Of a stretch of 42,618 nt of DNA, positions 1-8,818 are shown piece by piece. A program made the position numbers and the translations under genes. The notes under the pieces were generated by a model. That model was given only the letters and a program-made list of their open reading frames with translations, had not been told where the DNA came from and made no database searches. Origin of the DNA: Myxococcota bacterium (GTDB lineage Bacteria > Myxococcota_A > UBA796 > UBA2385); contig JBIJDH010000042.1 of the NCBI GenBank assembly GCA_044344255.1, positions 1 through 42,618 of the forward strand. The letters are read 5' to 3'. Numbering within the stretch: the stretch's first letter is position 1; each line of letters begins with the position of its first letter.

Positions 1-1
1 G

Positions 2-181
2 CTACGCGGCCTTGTCGGCGCGGGGGGCGAGGTCGTCCTTGTTGAGCAGGAGACCGCCGGCGCGGGTGTGGCGCAGGACGTAGGCGACCGCTCGGCCTCC
101 AGCGGTGCCGTCCGGCAGGACGAGGACGACGCGGAGGGGGAGCTCAGAGGGCTTGACGGTGAGGGTGTGGGGCTGGGCCAT
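2..181 (-). CDS. Small 59-aa protein with a HemP-like C-terminal motif
   Basis: ATG at 181 preceded by GAGGT. MAQPHTLTVKPSELPLRVVLV...YVLRHTRAGGLLLNK resembles the HemP-type YxLRxTRxGKLILTK motif. The longer 2..370 ORF start is unlikely. Confidence 0.5.
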   Translation of the reverse strand: MAQPHTLTVKPSELPLRVVLVLPDGTAGGRAVAYVLRHTRAGGLLLNKDDLAPRADKAA

Positions 182-565
182 GGGGACCTCGCAGGTGGCG
201 AACAAGGGACAGATAGGCCGGCGTTTGCGGCTCGCATTCGGGAGCCGCCTCGACGAGGCCACATGCGGGGAGCTTAGTGCTGCGTCGGTCGGATGCCACA
301 TCGAGGCACCGCCCGGAGGCGTTCGTAGCCGTTTGTAAACGGTTATTTCGGGGTGGAATTCCGGCGACAAGCACCTGTCAACCGTCTGGCAAGCGAAAGT
401 CCAAAAGAACTTCCAGGCGAGCCGCTTACGGGGTTTGGCGCGGGATCCCCCGGAGCAGTCCCCGAGCGCTCCGCGAAAGTCCTTGAGCCCGCCGGCGCGC
501 GGGAGGGAGCTGAGGTCCGCATGAACGCCGCCGCTTGGAGGCTGGGCCTTGAACCGACGTCCTGC

Positions 566-1924
566 CTATCCGGGTGCGGTTTGGGCTCTGAGGCTGGCGA
601 GGCGGGGCAAGACGCGGGCCAGCTCGTCCCGGGCGGGCTTCGTCCCCCGGGCCCGGAGCGCCGTGGCGAGCTGCTCGTACAGAGAGATCGCGAGATCGGG
701 GCGCTCCTGCTCGGCGGCGGCCGCCAGTTCGAGCGCGGCGCCCTTCCAAGCGCTCTCGGGCAGGGTGCGGAGGATGGTCGCGGACTCCTCGAACCGACCG
801 GCGGCGGCGAGCACGCGCACCCGGACGGGTTGGATGCTGGTCTTGTCGCGGTCGACCGCCGCGAGCGCGAGGGGGAGCACAGCAGCCCACCGGCCGGTGG
901 CCCTCGCCTCTTCGACTAGGCGGAGCCAGTGTTTGAGGTCGGGGCGACCTCGGAAGGTGTCGAGCGCATCGACCAGCTTTTTGAGCCGCTCTCCGTCGAT
1001 CCCGCCGCGGGCCACTCGCCACCTTCGGAGCGACCAGGCTCGGGACTCCAGGAGGGCCGGGTGTTGGTCCACCACGTCGGTCACCTCGGCCTCGAGGCCT
1101 GCGGCGAGGAGCCGGTCCGCGAGGTTCTCGAGGTCACCCCCGTCGGCGTGGCGCAGTACGTCGATGGCCTCGTCCTTACGACCGGCGGCGAGCAGCAGGT
1201 CGATGTGCTCCCGGGACATGTCGGACTCAGCGAAGAGCCCCGCTCGCGCGTCGTCGTCGAGCTCATCGCCGATGAGGCGCAGGATCACGGCACCACCGTG
1301 TTGCCGCCGCCAGGCACCATGATCCTGGACCGTCCTGGGGAGAGCGGCGCGTATCCAGCCAGCGACCCGGCCCCGCTCATCCCCGACAGCCTTCGAGCAG
1401 AGCACCTCCTCGGCTGCTCTGTCCAGGCCGTAGCCGCCGTGATCGAGCGCATCCCAGCGATAGACGTCGAAGGCGTCTCGCAGGTAGCGCTCGCGCAGCC
1501 CCGGATCGGGGCTGGCGTCGAGGCAGGCTCCGATCCCCTTCACGCACCGCTCGACCATGTGGCCGATCTCGCTCTCTTCGTCTCGGAGCTGCTCGTAGTG
1601 CGGCAGGATCCCGTCGATCATCGCGCGATAGACGGTGCGGGCGTCCTCGATGCGCCCTTCGGCCCGGTAGGAGTTGCCCACCTCGATCACGGGCCAGAGC
1701 TCGCCCTCGGCGCGGGTGGAGGCCATCCAATCGTCGCCCATGGTGAGCACGATCCGCGCGACCTGGGCGCGGATCGCAGCTCCGTCCGGCGGTCCCTTCT
1801 CCCCGGGGAGGGGGAGGTGGACGAGGTCCGCGAGCTCCGGCTGTTGGGCGACGAGGCGCTCGAGGATCGCGACGAGCTGGTCGCGGTCGAGGGAGGCGAG
1901 GCGGGCGGCGAGCGGGGTGGACAT
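566..1924 (-). CDS. Hypothetical all-alpha (TPR-like) protein, 452 aa
   Basis: Long ORF with natural composition and helical repeats. The N-terminal LASLDRDQLVAILERLVAQQPEL resembles the region that follows SWIM fingers in bacterial SWIM proteins, but no SWIM motif is present. Confidence 0.7.
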   Translation of the reverse strand: MSTPLAARLASLDRDQLVAILERLVAQQPELADLVHLPLPGEKGPPDGAAIRAQVARIVLTMGDDWMASTRAEGELWPVIEVGNSYRAEGRIEDARTVYRAMIDGILPHYEQLRDEESEIGHMVERCVKGIGACLDASPDPGLRERYLRDAFDVYRWDALDHGGYGLDRAAEEVLCSKAVGDERGRVAGWIRAALPRTVQDHGAWRRQHGGAVILRLIGDELDDDARAGLFAESDMSREHIDLLLAAGRKDEAIDVLRHADGGDLENLADRLLAAGLEAEVTDVVDQHPALLESRAWSLRRWRVARGGIDGERLKKLVDALDTFRGRPDLKHWLRLVEEARATGRWAAVLPLALAAVDRDKTSIQPVRVRVLAAAGRFEESATILRTLPESAWKGAALELAAAAEQERPDLAISLYEQLATALRARGTKPARDELARVLPRLASLRAQTAPG

Positions 1925-2433
1925 GGGGGACCCGATGAGGCGGGTAGTGGGGAGCGCCGCTGAGCGTCGGGGGACCGAAGAGATCCGTCCCCTCGTGAAG
2001 CTCGGTGGTGGTTGCGCCCGCGGGTTGCTGACCAGTTAACGGGAGGCGGTTGACTCTGGCCTCGTCGAAGATTCCACCTGTCACATCGGCCCCGCCAGCC
2101 GCCTCCAGCGCGAAGTCGAGCTTCAGGTTGAAAATTGTGTTCTCGGTCAGTCTGCGAGGTCTGTTGCCAATGCTTGGCCAGCCCTGCGGTGTGGCGGGTG
2201 ACGGGACCGGGCTCTCCGTTGTGAACATGGACGAGACTACCAAAACCTCGGTGAAACCAATCCTACAGGGAAGCTGACCGACAAACATGAGGGCCCCTCA
2301 GGCCCGCCGACGGGATCATCGGCGCGCTATCGGGTGCCCGTGAAGAGCGAGGAGATCAAGCCGCCCCGTCGCCGTACTACCGCTGCCGAGCATCCGTGGA
2401 AAATGCAGATTTGACCATCAATCGATGACGGTG

Positions 2434-3018
2434 TTACTCACGACCATTCGGGTCCCCGTGGCTGTTCGAGAGGAGCCACTCCACCGGAAACCCCGTGATG
2501 CTGACCTCGCCTCCGTCAAGGTGCACCTCGACCTCTGGCGCCTCCGCCATGTCCGACGGACCGTACCGACCGGTCAGGAAATGGACCCTCTGGTTCGTCG
2601 ACCCGCGCCACGGAAGTCCGCTCGCGCGTTCCGCCTCGACGTAGCGCCCGGAGACGACGACATCTGCAACCGCGAGCAGCGCCCGTTGATCAGGATGGAC
2701 GAGCTCGTCTAGTTCGTACCCCGTGAACACGAAGACGGAGAGGCCAGCCGCACGCAGAGGTTCCGCGAGGGCGACCAGCCCTCGGGCCTGCCCGAAAGGC
2801 TCGCCTCCCGTCAGGGTCACGCCCTCGATGCCTTTGGTCGCGAGGATCTCCGCCGCAAGGTCAGCGACGTGCCGAAGGTCACGGCGCTCGAAGGACCAAG
2901 TGGCGGGGTTCCAACAGCCCGGGCACGCGAGCGGGCAGCCCTGAACCCACACGACGAAACGCTCGCCGGGGCCGTTGGCGGCGCTCCGTGGGAGGATGTG
3001 GGCGACGTTCAGCCGCAC
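2434..3018 (-). CDS. Radical SAM / 4Fe-4S single-cluster protein, NrdG/organic-radical-activase-like
   Basis: NGPGERFVVWVQGCPLACPGCWN (CxxxCxxC), GVTLTGGEPF, and GSTNQR, which is NrdG-like. Confidence 0.9.
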   Translation of the reverse strand: MRLNVAHILPRSAANGPGERFVVWVQGCPLACPGCWNPATWSFERRDLRHVADLAAEILATKGIEGVTLTGGEPFGQARGLVALAEPLRAAGLSVFVFTGYELDELVHPDQRALLAVADVVVSGRYVEAERASGLPWRGSTNQRVHFLTGRYGPSDMAEAPEVEVHLDGGEVSITGFPVEWLLSNSHGDPNGRE

Positions 3019-3020
3019 AG

Positions 3021-3515
3021 TCAGTAGGCCCGCTTCACGAGGATCATCCGGATGGTGTCGCCCTCGCGCTTCTCCTCCACGCGGTAGCCCATGTTCTTCG
3101 CCCGCTCGTGGACGGCCTGTCGCTGGGCTTCCACAACGCGCTGCCGCTCCTCCTCCTGGCGCCGCCGTTCCTCCACCGCGAGTCGCTCCTGCTTCACCGT
3201 CCAGTGGGTCTGGTACCGGCTGTTGAGCTGCGTAAGCCAGCCAGTCCCGAACCGGGGATGGTCGTAGCCGCTCACGAAGGCTTGATAGCCGACGACCGAC
3301 GCCAGGAAGCCCACGTCGTTCGAAGCCGCGCCGACGTGTTGGCGCCGGATCACGATGTTGGCGGTCTGGGCGCGCCGGTCTCCGGCGTAGCCCACCAGGT
3401 TCACTGGCGAATCATGGACCTCCACCTTGGATTTGTCAAACCCCAGATCGGCGAGCGCCGACAGCAGGCACTCCTGGTCCGTCATCGGCGTCAACAACGT
3501 CATGTACGCGCTCAT
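3021..3515 (-). CDS. DUF1257 (Ycf35)-like protein with C-terminal coiled coil, paralogue B
   Basis: MSAY..L.TPMTDQECLLSALADLGF...NDVGF...MGYRVEEKREGDTIRMIL matches the DUF1257 pattern. Lies near DUF2997-like and Ycf46-like genes. Confidence 0.75.
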   Translation of the reverse strand: MSAYMTLLTPMTDQECLLSALADLGFDKSKVEVHDSPVNLVGYAGDRRAQTANIVIRRQHVGAASNDVGFLASVVGYQAFVSGYDHPRFGTGWLTQLNSRYQTHWTVKQERLAVEERRRQEEERQRVVEAQRQAVHERAKNMGYRVEEKREGDTIRMILVKRAY

Positions 3516-3524
3516 CCCGTCCCC

Positions 3525-4007
3525 TCAGTAGGCCCGCTTGACGAGGACCAAGCGGATGGTGTCTCCCTCACGCGTCTCTTGGACCCGGTAGCCCATTTTC
3601 GTGGCGCGCTCGTGAACCGCCTGCCGCTGGGCCTCGACAACGCACCTCCGCTCCTCCTCCAGGCGCCTTCGATCCTCGGCAGCCAGTCGCTCCTGCTTGG
3701 CGGCCGAGCGAGCCTGGTACGCGGCGCTCACCTTCGACAACCACGATTGGCCAAACCGGTGGTGGTCATTGCTGAGGATGGCCGTGTAGCCGGCCGGACC
3801 GCGGAGGAAGCCTACATCGTTGTAGGCATCGCCGGTGTGCTCCTTGGGGAGCACGATGTTCGCGTGACGCCCCTTCTGCCAGCCTCGCAGCGGCACGGGA
3901 TGTTCGGAGCGGATGAGGTTCGCTTCGCGAAAGCCCTGGTCCACGATGGCCGCGACGAGGCACTCCTCGTCGAGCATCGGGGTGACCAAGGTGATGTACG
4001 CGCTCAA
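3525..4007 (-). CDS. DUF1257 (Ycf35)-like protein, paralogue A
   Basis: TTG start at 4007 overlaps the upstream stop (TTGA). The sequence is collinear with 3021..3515 (SAY.TL.TPM.D.ECL; VVEAQRQAVHERA..MGYRV.E.REGDTIR..LVKRAY). Confidence 0.75.
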   Translation of the reverse strand: MSAYITLVTPMLDEECLVAAIVDQGFREANLIRSEHPVPLRGWQKGRHANIVLPKEHTGDAYNDVGFLRGPAGYTAILSNDHHRFGQSWLSKVSAAYQARSAAKQERLAAEDRRRLEEERRCVVEAQRQAVHERATKMGYRVQETREGDTIRLVLVKRAY

Positions 4008-4213
4008 GGTTTCTTCCCGACGGCTTGCGTGCGCGTCGTCGTCACCCGAGCCGTGCCAGCATCGGGCTTCCGGGCCACCGTGGCCGTGCCCGGGGCCAGA
4101 CCCTCCAGCAGGCGCTCCAGGTCCTTGAGGCACGCGTCTCCGGTGAAGCCGTCGGCGTCAGCGCTGATGGTGCCTTCGGGGCTGATGGTCACGATGATGG
4201 TTGTCTCTTTCAC
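4004..4213 (-). CDS. DUF2997-like small protein (69 aa)
   Basis: IIVTISPEGTISADADGFTGDACLKDLERLLEGL has the G(F)xGxxC signature. Coupled on both sides (GTGA and TTGA overlaps). Confidence 0.8.
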   Translation of the reverse strand: MKETTIIVTISPEGTISADADGFTGDACLKDLERLLEGLAPGTATVARKPDAGTARVTTTRTQAVGKKP

Positions 4214-5172
4214 TTGGCCTTTCCTTGGTTTGGTGACACTGCGCGGCGGTGCGCGACCTCAGCCCCGAAGAGGCCAGCCTCCGCTCGCGCCGCGTCTACA
4301 TTGACGTCTGGTCCTACAACCAGGTATCGTCGTCCCTGAACCACCATGAGTGCACCGAGCCTGGGCGGAGCCACGGTGGGAGCCGTGAGTTCACGCCTTC
4401 GCACTCCCCCCGGCTGGAAACGTGCCGCTGCTGGCGGGAGGGCCTGCTGAATCGCGCCGAGCTCCGCCAAGGCCGCGACCGTGTCCTCGGGGCTGCCTGC
4501 CGATGGAACCTGGCTCCGCAGCTGGAGTAGCTTCGACCGAAGGGGTGAGTCTCCGACGCGACCCAGGAGCGCTTCAATGCGTGCCGAGTAGTCCTTGTCG
4601 AACGCCTCCCAAGCTGCCACGAGGGGATCGTCGCCAGCACCCGGGGGGACGGTCGGAACAGCGCCGAGGGTCTTGGCCGAAGCTACCACGTTTAGGACCT
4701 CGGCGAGCCGCTCTTCGAGCTCCCGGGCGCGAGAGGCGGTTGCGCTCATTTTGGCCTTCAGGTCGGCGACCTCCTTGCCCTGCGCGTCCACCCGCGCCGA
4801 CAGTGTCTGTGCGGTGGATTGCAGGGCGAGTAGTGTCTGTGTTTGGCCCTTCACGACCTCCCGAAGAGATTGCACCTCGTCGCTGTTCAGTCCTTGAACT
4901 GGTGGCGTTGGGCTGGCGACGGCACTTCTGACTCCAGGCGGCGGCTTGATCGACAGATGGGCATTCCACTTGTCCATCGCGGATACCTTGTCGAGCGCGA
5001 AAGTGTAGGGGGAGGCCGCCGCGATCAACTTGTAGACTCCCCCCTCGTCGATCCATCGGCCGCGCTCCACATTGTACAGGGAGGGGTGGCTGATTGCGTA
5101 CTCGCGCAAATTCTTTGGATTCGCACCGATGATCGTAGCGACCTCGTCGAGTTCCCACTGTCTCTTGCTCAT
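4210..5172 (-). CDS. Hypothetical protein: putative N-terminal HTH, central coiled coil, C-terminal domain shared with the upstream gene
   Basis: ATG at 5172 in an ATGA overlap. LDEVATIIGANPKNLREY is HTH-like, the middle is heptad-rich, and the C-terminus reads PRLGALMVVQGRRYLVV. Confidence 0.75.
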   Translation of the reverse strand: MSKRQWELDEVATIIGANPKNLREYAISHPSLYNVERGRWIDEGGVYKLIAAASPYTFALDKVSAMDKWNAHLSIKPPPGVRSAVASPTPPVQGLNSDEVQSLREVVKGQTQTLLALQSTAQTLSARVDAQGKEVADLKAKMSATASRARELEERLAEVLNVVASAKTLGAVPTVPPGAGDDPLVAAWEAFDKDYSARIEALLGRVGDSPLRSKLLQLRSQVPSAGSPEDTVAALAELGAIQQALPPAAARFQPGGVRRRELTAPTVAPPRLGALMVVQGRRYLVVGPDVNVDAARAEAGLFGAEVAHRRAVSPNQGKAK

Positions 5173-7148
5173 GCGTTCTCCGGCGCGACGAGCCTGGCAG
5201 AGAGGCGCGAAGCGGCCTGTTCGCCGGGGGCCAGTTGTTCCCACGTCTGGATGACGAGGTACCGCTGCCCCTTGCAGCTCCGCAAGGAGCCCACGTCGGG
5301 GAGTGCCTCTTCGGGTACGATGGAGGCAGGCCGTGTGGTCGATGCCGGCGGAACGAACCGCCCGCCGGTCTGGGCGGGTCGGCCGGGCGGTAGTGACGGC
5401 GGGCGGAACTCGAACTTCTCGACGGACTGCTCCTCCAGCGCAGTGACTTCGCCTCGAAGCCGGGTGATGTCCTTGTTGGCGCGGGCAAGATCGTCGGAGA
5501 GCTTGCGTTGGTTCGCGGTGAGGTCCTTTCGGCTGTCCTTTTCGGCGGCCTTCAGGGCCACGTCCACCGTCGAAAGCTCCTGGATGATCTCGCCTCGGCG
5601 GCTCTCGGCGCTGGTCAAGGCTGGGCGACGTTCAGCGAGGCCGAGCTTCGCGGTGTCCACGCGAGATCTCCATTCCCTTTCCTGCTTTTCGCGCTCCTCC
5701 TCGTCTCGTGCCTTGCGCTCGGAAATCTCGAGTTCGGACTCGAGCTTGCGGGTGGAGTCCTCGATCCCCGCGAGGCGCGAGAGGAGCGCAGGGGCTCCGG
5801 CTGGCCCTGCCAAGGAAGGCCGCTGTCCCTCCAGGTCGCCGACTTGGGAGAGGAGAGCGCCCTGCGTGCGCTGAAAGCCCAGCACCGCGCTAGCCAGGCG
5901 ACTGAATGCGCGGCCGATGCGCGTTCGATTGCCTTCGGCGGCGGAAAGCTGCTCTCTGAGCTGCATGAGGCGGCCGGCCCACTCTTCGTCGAGCTTCCGC
6001 CACCTGGCGATAAGCGGGTCCTCGTCAGTGCCGGTCGGGGCGCCCAGAGGAAGCACTGTCCACATGTATCGGACGGCGAGTGCCAAGGGCTGGCCCGAAG
6101 GGAAGCTCCTCGGCGAGGTCTCCGGCATTGCCCGCAGGCTGGGGGCCGCAATAGCAGGGAGTGACACGACCTGTTCAGCCTCCAGCGTCGCGGCCTTCGC
6201 AACTTCGGGGAGCCAGAAGGAGGCCGCTCGGTGGGTTGGTTCGCCCAAGCGAATCCGGGTCTGGAGGCGCCAGGAGGCTTCGGCCAGGAGGAGGAGGCTC
6301 AGATCGGCCGCTTGACCTGCGTTGAAGCGCAGACGCAAGCGGCCTCTCTGGCCGGGGAGCAGCGCCTCACCGGTCTCACCGGAGATCACCATCTCGGGGA
6401 GACCCCGGTCTTCCCAACGCACCTCGGTGCCGACTTCGACGAGGCGCCCCAAACGCTCCTGGTGGTCGGGGCCCGCGGGAAACCAGAGGCGCTTCGGCGC
6501 AGCGTCGGGCGGGGCCCCACCCGGGAGGTGCACCAAAGCACCTCGCATTTCCAGGGAGAGATGAGCGTCGGGCCGCTCCCATCGCAGTAGAGAACTGGCT
6601 GGAAGGTCCGGCACATCGAAGGGGCGCTCGGCGGCGGGCCGCCAGGCGAAGCTGCTTCCGTTCGACCAGCCTTCTTCGGTGGCTTCGTACCAGAACTGCC
6701 GCAGAAAGGTCTGCCGAAGGGCCTCGGCCTGGGGGATGTCGAGGCGAAGCGAGTAGCCCCCTCCCAGCCAGAGCCGAGCCTCGGGGCCCACCAGCATAGC
6801 GCTCGCCGGGAGCTCCGGGAGCCGGCGAACGAGCAGGTTGGGCACAGCGGCGAGCTCGGCCTCGGCCCCCCTGCCCCAGGTGGGGCCCACCAGGGCGTAG
6901 GTGCGCGCGCCGAGGCGCGAGAGGCCCGTGAGCGTGGCCGCCATGTTGCCGGTTCCAATCGACCCGAGCAGGGCAAGCACCGGGCCCTGTGTGGCTGGCG
7001 GCGGTGGGGCAGCACCTCGGTGAAGCCATTCCCCGCGGACGGGAGCGGTGGGCGGTCCAGGGAGCTCGACCCAGGCCGTGGGAATGCGGACATCGCCACG
7101 GGACTCCAGGCGTTCGAGGGGAATCGGCTGGATTCGGCCGCGGGTCAT
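5169..7148 (-). CDS. Hypothetical protein (659 aa): alpha/beta N-terminus, possibly a degenerate PLD-like fold, with a long C-terminal coiled coil
   Basis: ATG at 7148 in an ATGA overlap. Long charged coiled coil (EISERKARDEEEREKQERE). No intact HKD motif seen. Confidence 0.8.
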   Translation of the reverse strand: MTRGRIQPIPLERLESRGDVRIPTAWVELPGPPTAPVRGEWLHRGAAPPPPATQGPVLALLGSIGTGNMAATLTGLSRLGARTYALVGPTWGRGAEAELAAVPNLLVRRLPELPASAMLVGPEARLWLGGGYSLRLDIPQAEALRQTFLRQFWYEATEEGWSNGSSFAWRPAAERPFDVPDLPASSLLRWERPDAHLSLEMRGALVHLPGGAPPDAAPKRLWFPAGPDHQERLGRLVEVGTEVRWEDRGLPEMVISGETGEALLPGQRGRLRLRFNAGQAADLSLLLLAEASWRLQTRIRLGEPTHRAASFWLPEVAKAATLEAEQVVSLPAIAAPSLRAMPETSPRSFPSGQPLALAVRYMWTVLPLGAPTGTDEDPLIARWRKLDEEWAGRLMQLREQLSAAEGNRTRIGRAFSRLASAVLGFQRTQGALLSQVGDLEGQRPSLAGPAGAPALLSRLAGIEDSTRKLESELEISERKARDEEEREKQEREWRSRVDTAKLGLAERRPALTSAESRRGEIIQELSTVDVALKAAEKDSRKDLTANQRKLSDDLARANKDITRLRGEVTALEEQSVEKFEFRPPSLPPGRPAQTGGRFVPPASTTRPASIVPEEALPDVGSLRSCKGQRYLVIQTWEQLAPGEQAASRLSARLVAPENA

Positions 7149-8818
7149 CGGAGTCCCCCGCCGAGCCATTGCGCAAAGCGGCTAGGGAGCTCTTCTGGGA
7201 CAAGGCGGGACGCGGTGAGATCTCGCCAACGGAGGGCAGCCTCGGGACCGGCGCCGGAGGTTTCGGCGCGGGCGTGGAGGGGGCTGTTGCTCATTTGCCA
7301 TCCAAAACCCCTTCCAACGGCGGGAAGGACGATGACGTAGCGATCGTGCGGGGGGCTGCGCTGGAAGGCCTCTCGATAGCTTCGAGCTGCGGTTCCCGTA
7401 AGGGCCTGTATCTTCTTCATGTCGGTCTCCTCTTCACCGGTCCAGATCTCCACAGTGACTCCTGGGGAGATCGACCGAAGTGAAGCGATGAGAATGCGCA
7501 GTGTGTCCAGGTTCTCATCCCCCCGCACATAGCGGTCGCAGAGGAGGACCTTGTGCGGTATCGCTTCTGCCAGCACACGCTTGACGAATTGACGCATGGA
7601 CCAGCCCCCGCGGTAAGGCACGCGAAGGAGCGTCGGGGCTTCCACTGGAGGAGCGACCGCCGGGGATCCTGCCTGAAAGGGGCCAAGCTCGTCGGCGTGT
7701 ACCGGGATGGGGCATAGGTCGACCGGCGCGGCGAGCGACCAGAAACGCTCGGGGTCCTTGGCAGACAGGACGAGCATGTCCACGTGCGATGGAAGGATCG
7801 GCTTGTGGGCTTCGAGGGGGCTTCCGTCTATGAGAGAGGCAAACTCCTGGCGCACCTCGCTTCGGCTGCGGAAGCGAGGCTGGTGGGCGAGGTGGCGGTC
7901 GAAGCGCGCCGTCGCCCATTTCTGGGCGTCTTGTGGCGAGGCGGGACCGATGGGCACGTCCTCCAACGATACTTCGTCGTAGGAGCCATTTCCAGGGACC
8001 TCAACCCGTCGCAATAGCAGGGTCTTGCGGAACGATTCCACCTCCCCCTCCGCCAGACCAGCGAAGGAGACGGCCAGTCGCCGCTCCCCTGGCTGCCAGC
8101 GACCGAACGTTGAAAGGGGCCCGGCTGCCCAGATTGACGCGAGGTTCCACAGGTCAAGCGTGTCGCTCTCGGGCATGTGCTGGATCGCCTTCATGGCGTA
8201 TTTCCCGCTGCCCTGGGGCGCCTCAATCAAGCCGTCGAGCTGCCACTGGTCACGGGCCTGATCGAAGTCGAGGGTCCAGCGGAGGCGGCAGGTCGCGCGC
8301 GTCTCGCCGGGCACTCCAACGGGCTGCCCGTGGTTGGACGGAAGGTCGCGGACCATGAACCGCTCCTTGCCATCCAACACGGAGCGGAACACCGTGCCGC
8401 GGTCGGGTTCGATTGCAAGCGACTGGATCGAATCAAATCGCGGGTCGCGGCTTGACGAGAGCCGCTCAACCGCAAGAACGCGGTTGCCGAAGAGCGGGTG
8501 CTGGGCGAGCCACAGACCGTACACGCCCTGTTCGGGCACCGGCGCTTCGTCTGTGTCGGCCACCTCCTCGCCGAGCGCCGACAGGCCGCCCCGCGAATCG
8601 CAGATGCCGAGCATCCGGCACCAGGCGATCACGTTGTTCGCGCCCGCATCTTGCAAGCCGGGAAGCGCCGCTTGAACGACGGCGGTTGTGATCCGGTCGC
8701 CGCTCTGACGCGCGGCCCGGCATAGCAAGCCCAGCTCGGGCCGCCGCTCCAACCAGGCCATCTCGGCGAAGACAGCGACCCGCCAAACGGGGACATCAGC
8801 AGAAAGTACAGCTCTCAT
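7145..8818 (-). CDS. Hypothetical protein (557 aa) with a C-terminal MIT_C/PLD-like domain
   Basis: ATG at 8818 in an ATGA overlap. The C-terminal KVLLCDRYV...VEIWT...PHDRYVIV...WQMSNS resembles PLD-fold domains carrying an HDR motif. Confidence 0.75.
   Translation of the reverse strand: MRAVLSADVPVWRVAVFAEMAWLERRPELGLLCRAARQSGDRITTAVVQAALPGLQDAGANNVIAWCRMLGICDSRGGLSALGEEVADTDEAPVPEQGVYGLWLAQHPLFGNRVLAVERLSSSRDPRFDSIQSLAIEPDRGTVFRSVLDGKERFMVRDLPSNHGQPVGVPGETRATCRLRWTLDFDQARDQWQLDGLIEAPQGSGKYAMKAIQHMPESDTLDLWNLASIWAAGPLSTFGRWQPGERRLAVSFAGLAEGEVESFRKTLLLRRVEVPGNGSYDEVSLEDVPIGPASPQDAQKWATARFDRHLAHQPRFRSRSEVRQEFASLIDGSPLEAHKPILPSHVDMLVLSAKDPERFWSLAAPVDLCPIPVHADELGPFQAGSPAVAPPVEAPTLLRVPYRGGWSMRQFVKRVLAEAIPHKVLLCDRYVRGDENLDTLRILIASLRSISPGVTVEIWTGEEETDMKKIQALTGTAARSYREAFQRSPPHDRYVIVLPAVGRGFGWQMSNSPLHARAETSGAGPEAALRWRDLTASRLVPEELPSRFAQWLGGGLR

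Noticed and set aside
1930..2430. Possible gene or ncRNA between the TPR-like gene and the radical SAM gene (5' part of ORF 1377..2288)
   Set aside because: No recognisable motif or convincing RBS, and the ORF continues out of frame through the real gene. It may be a remnant, but I cannot support that.
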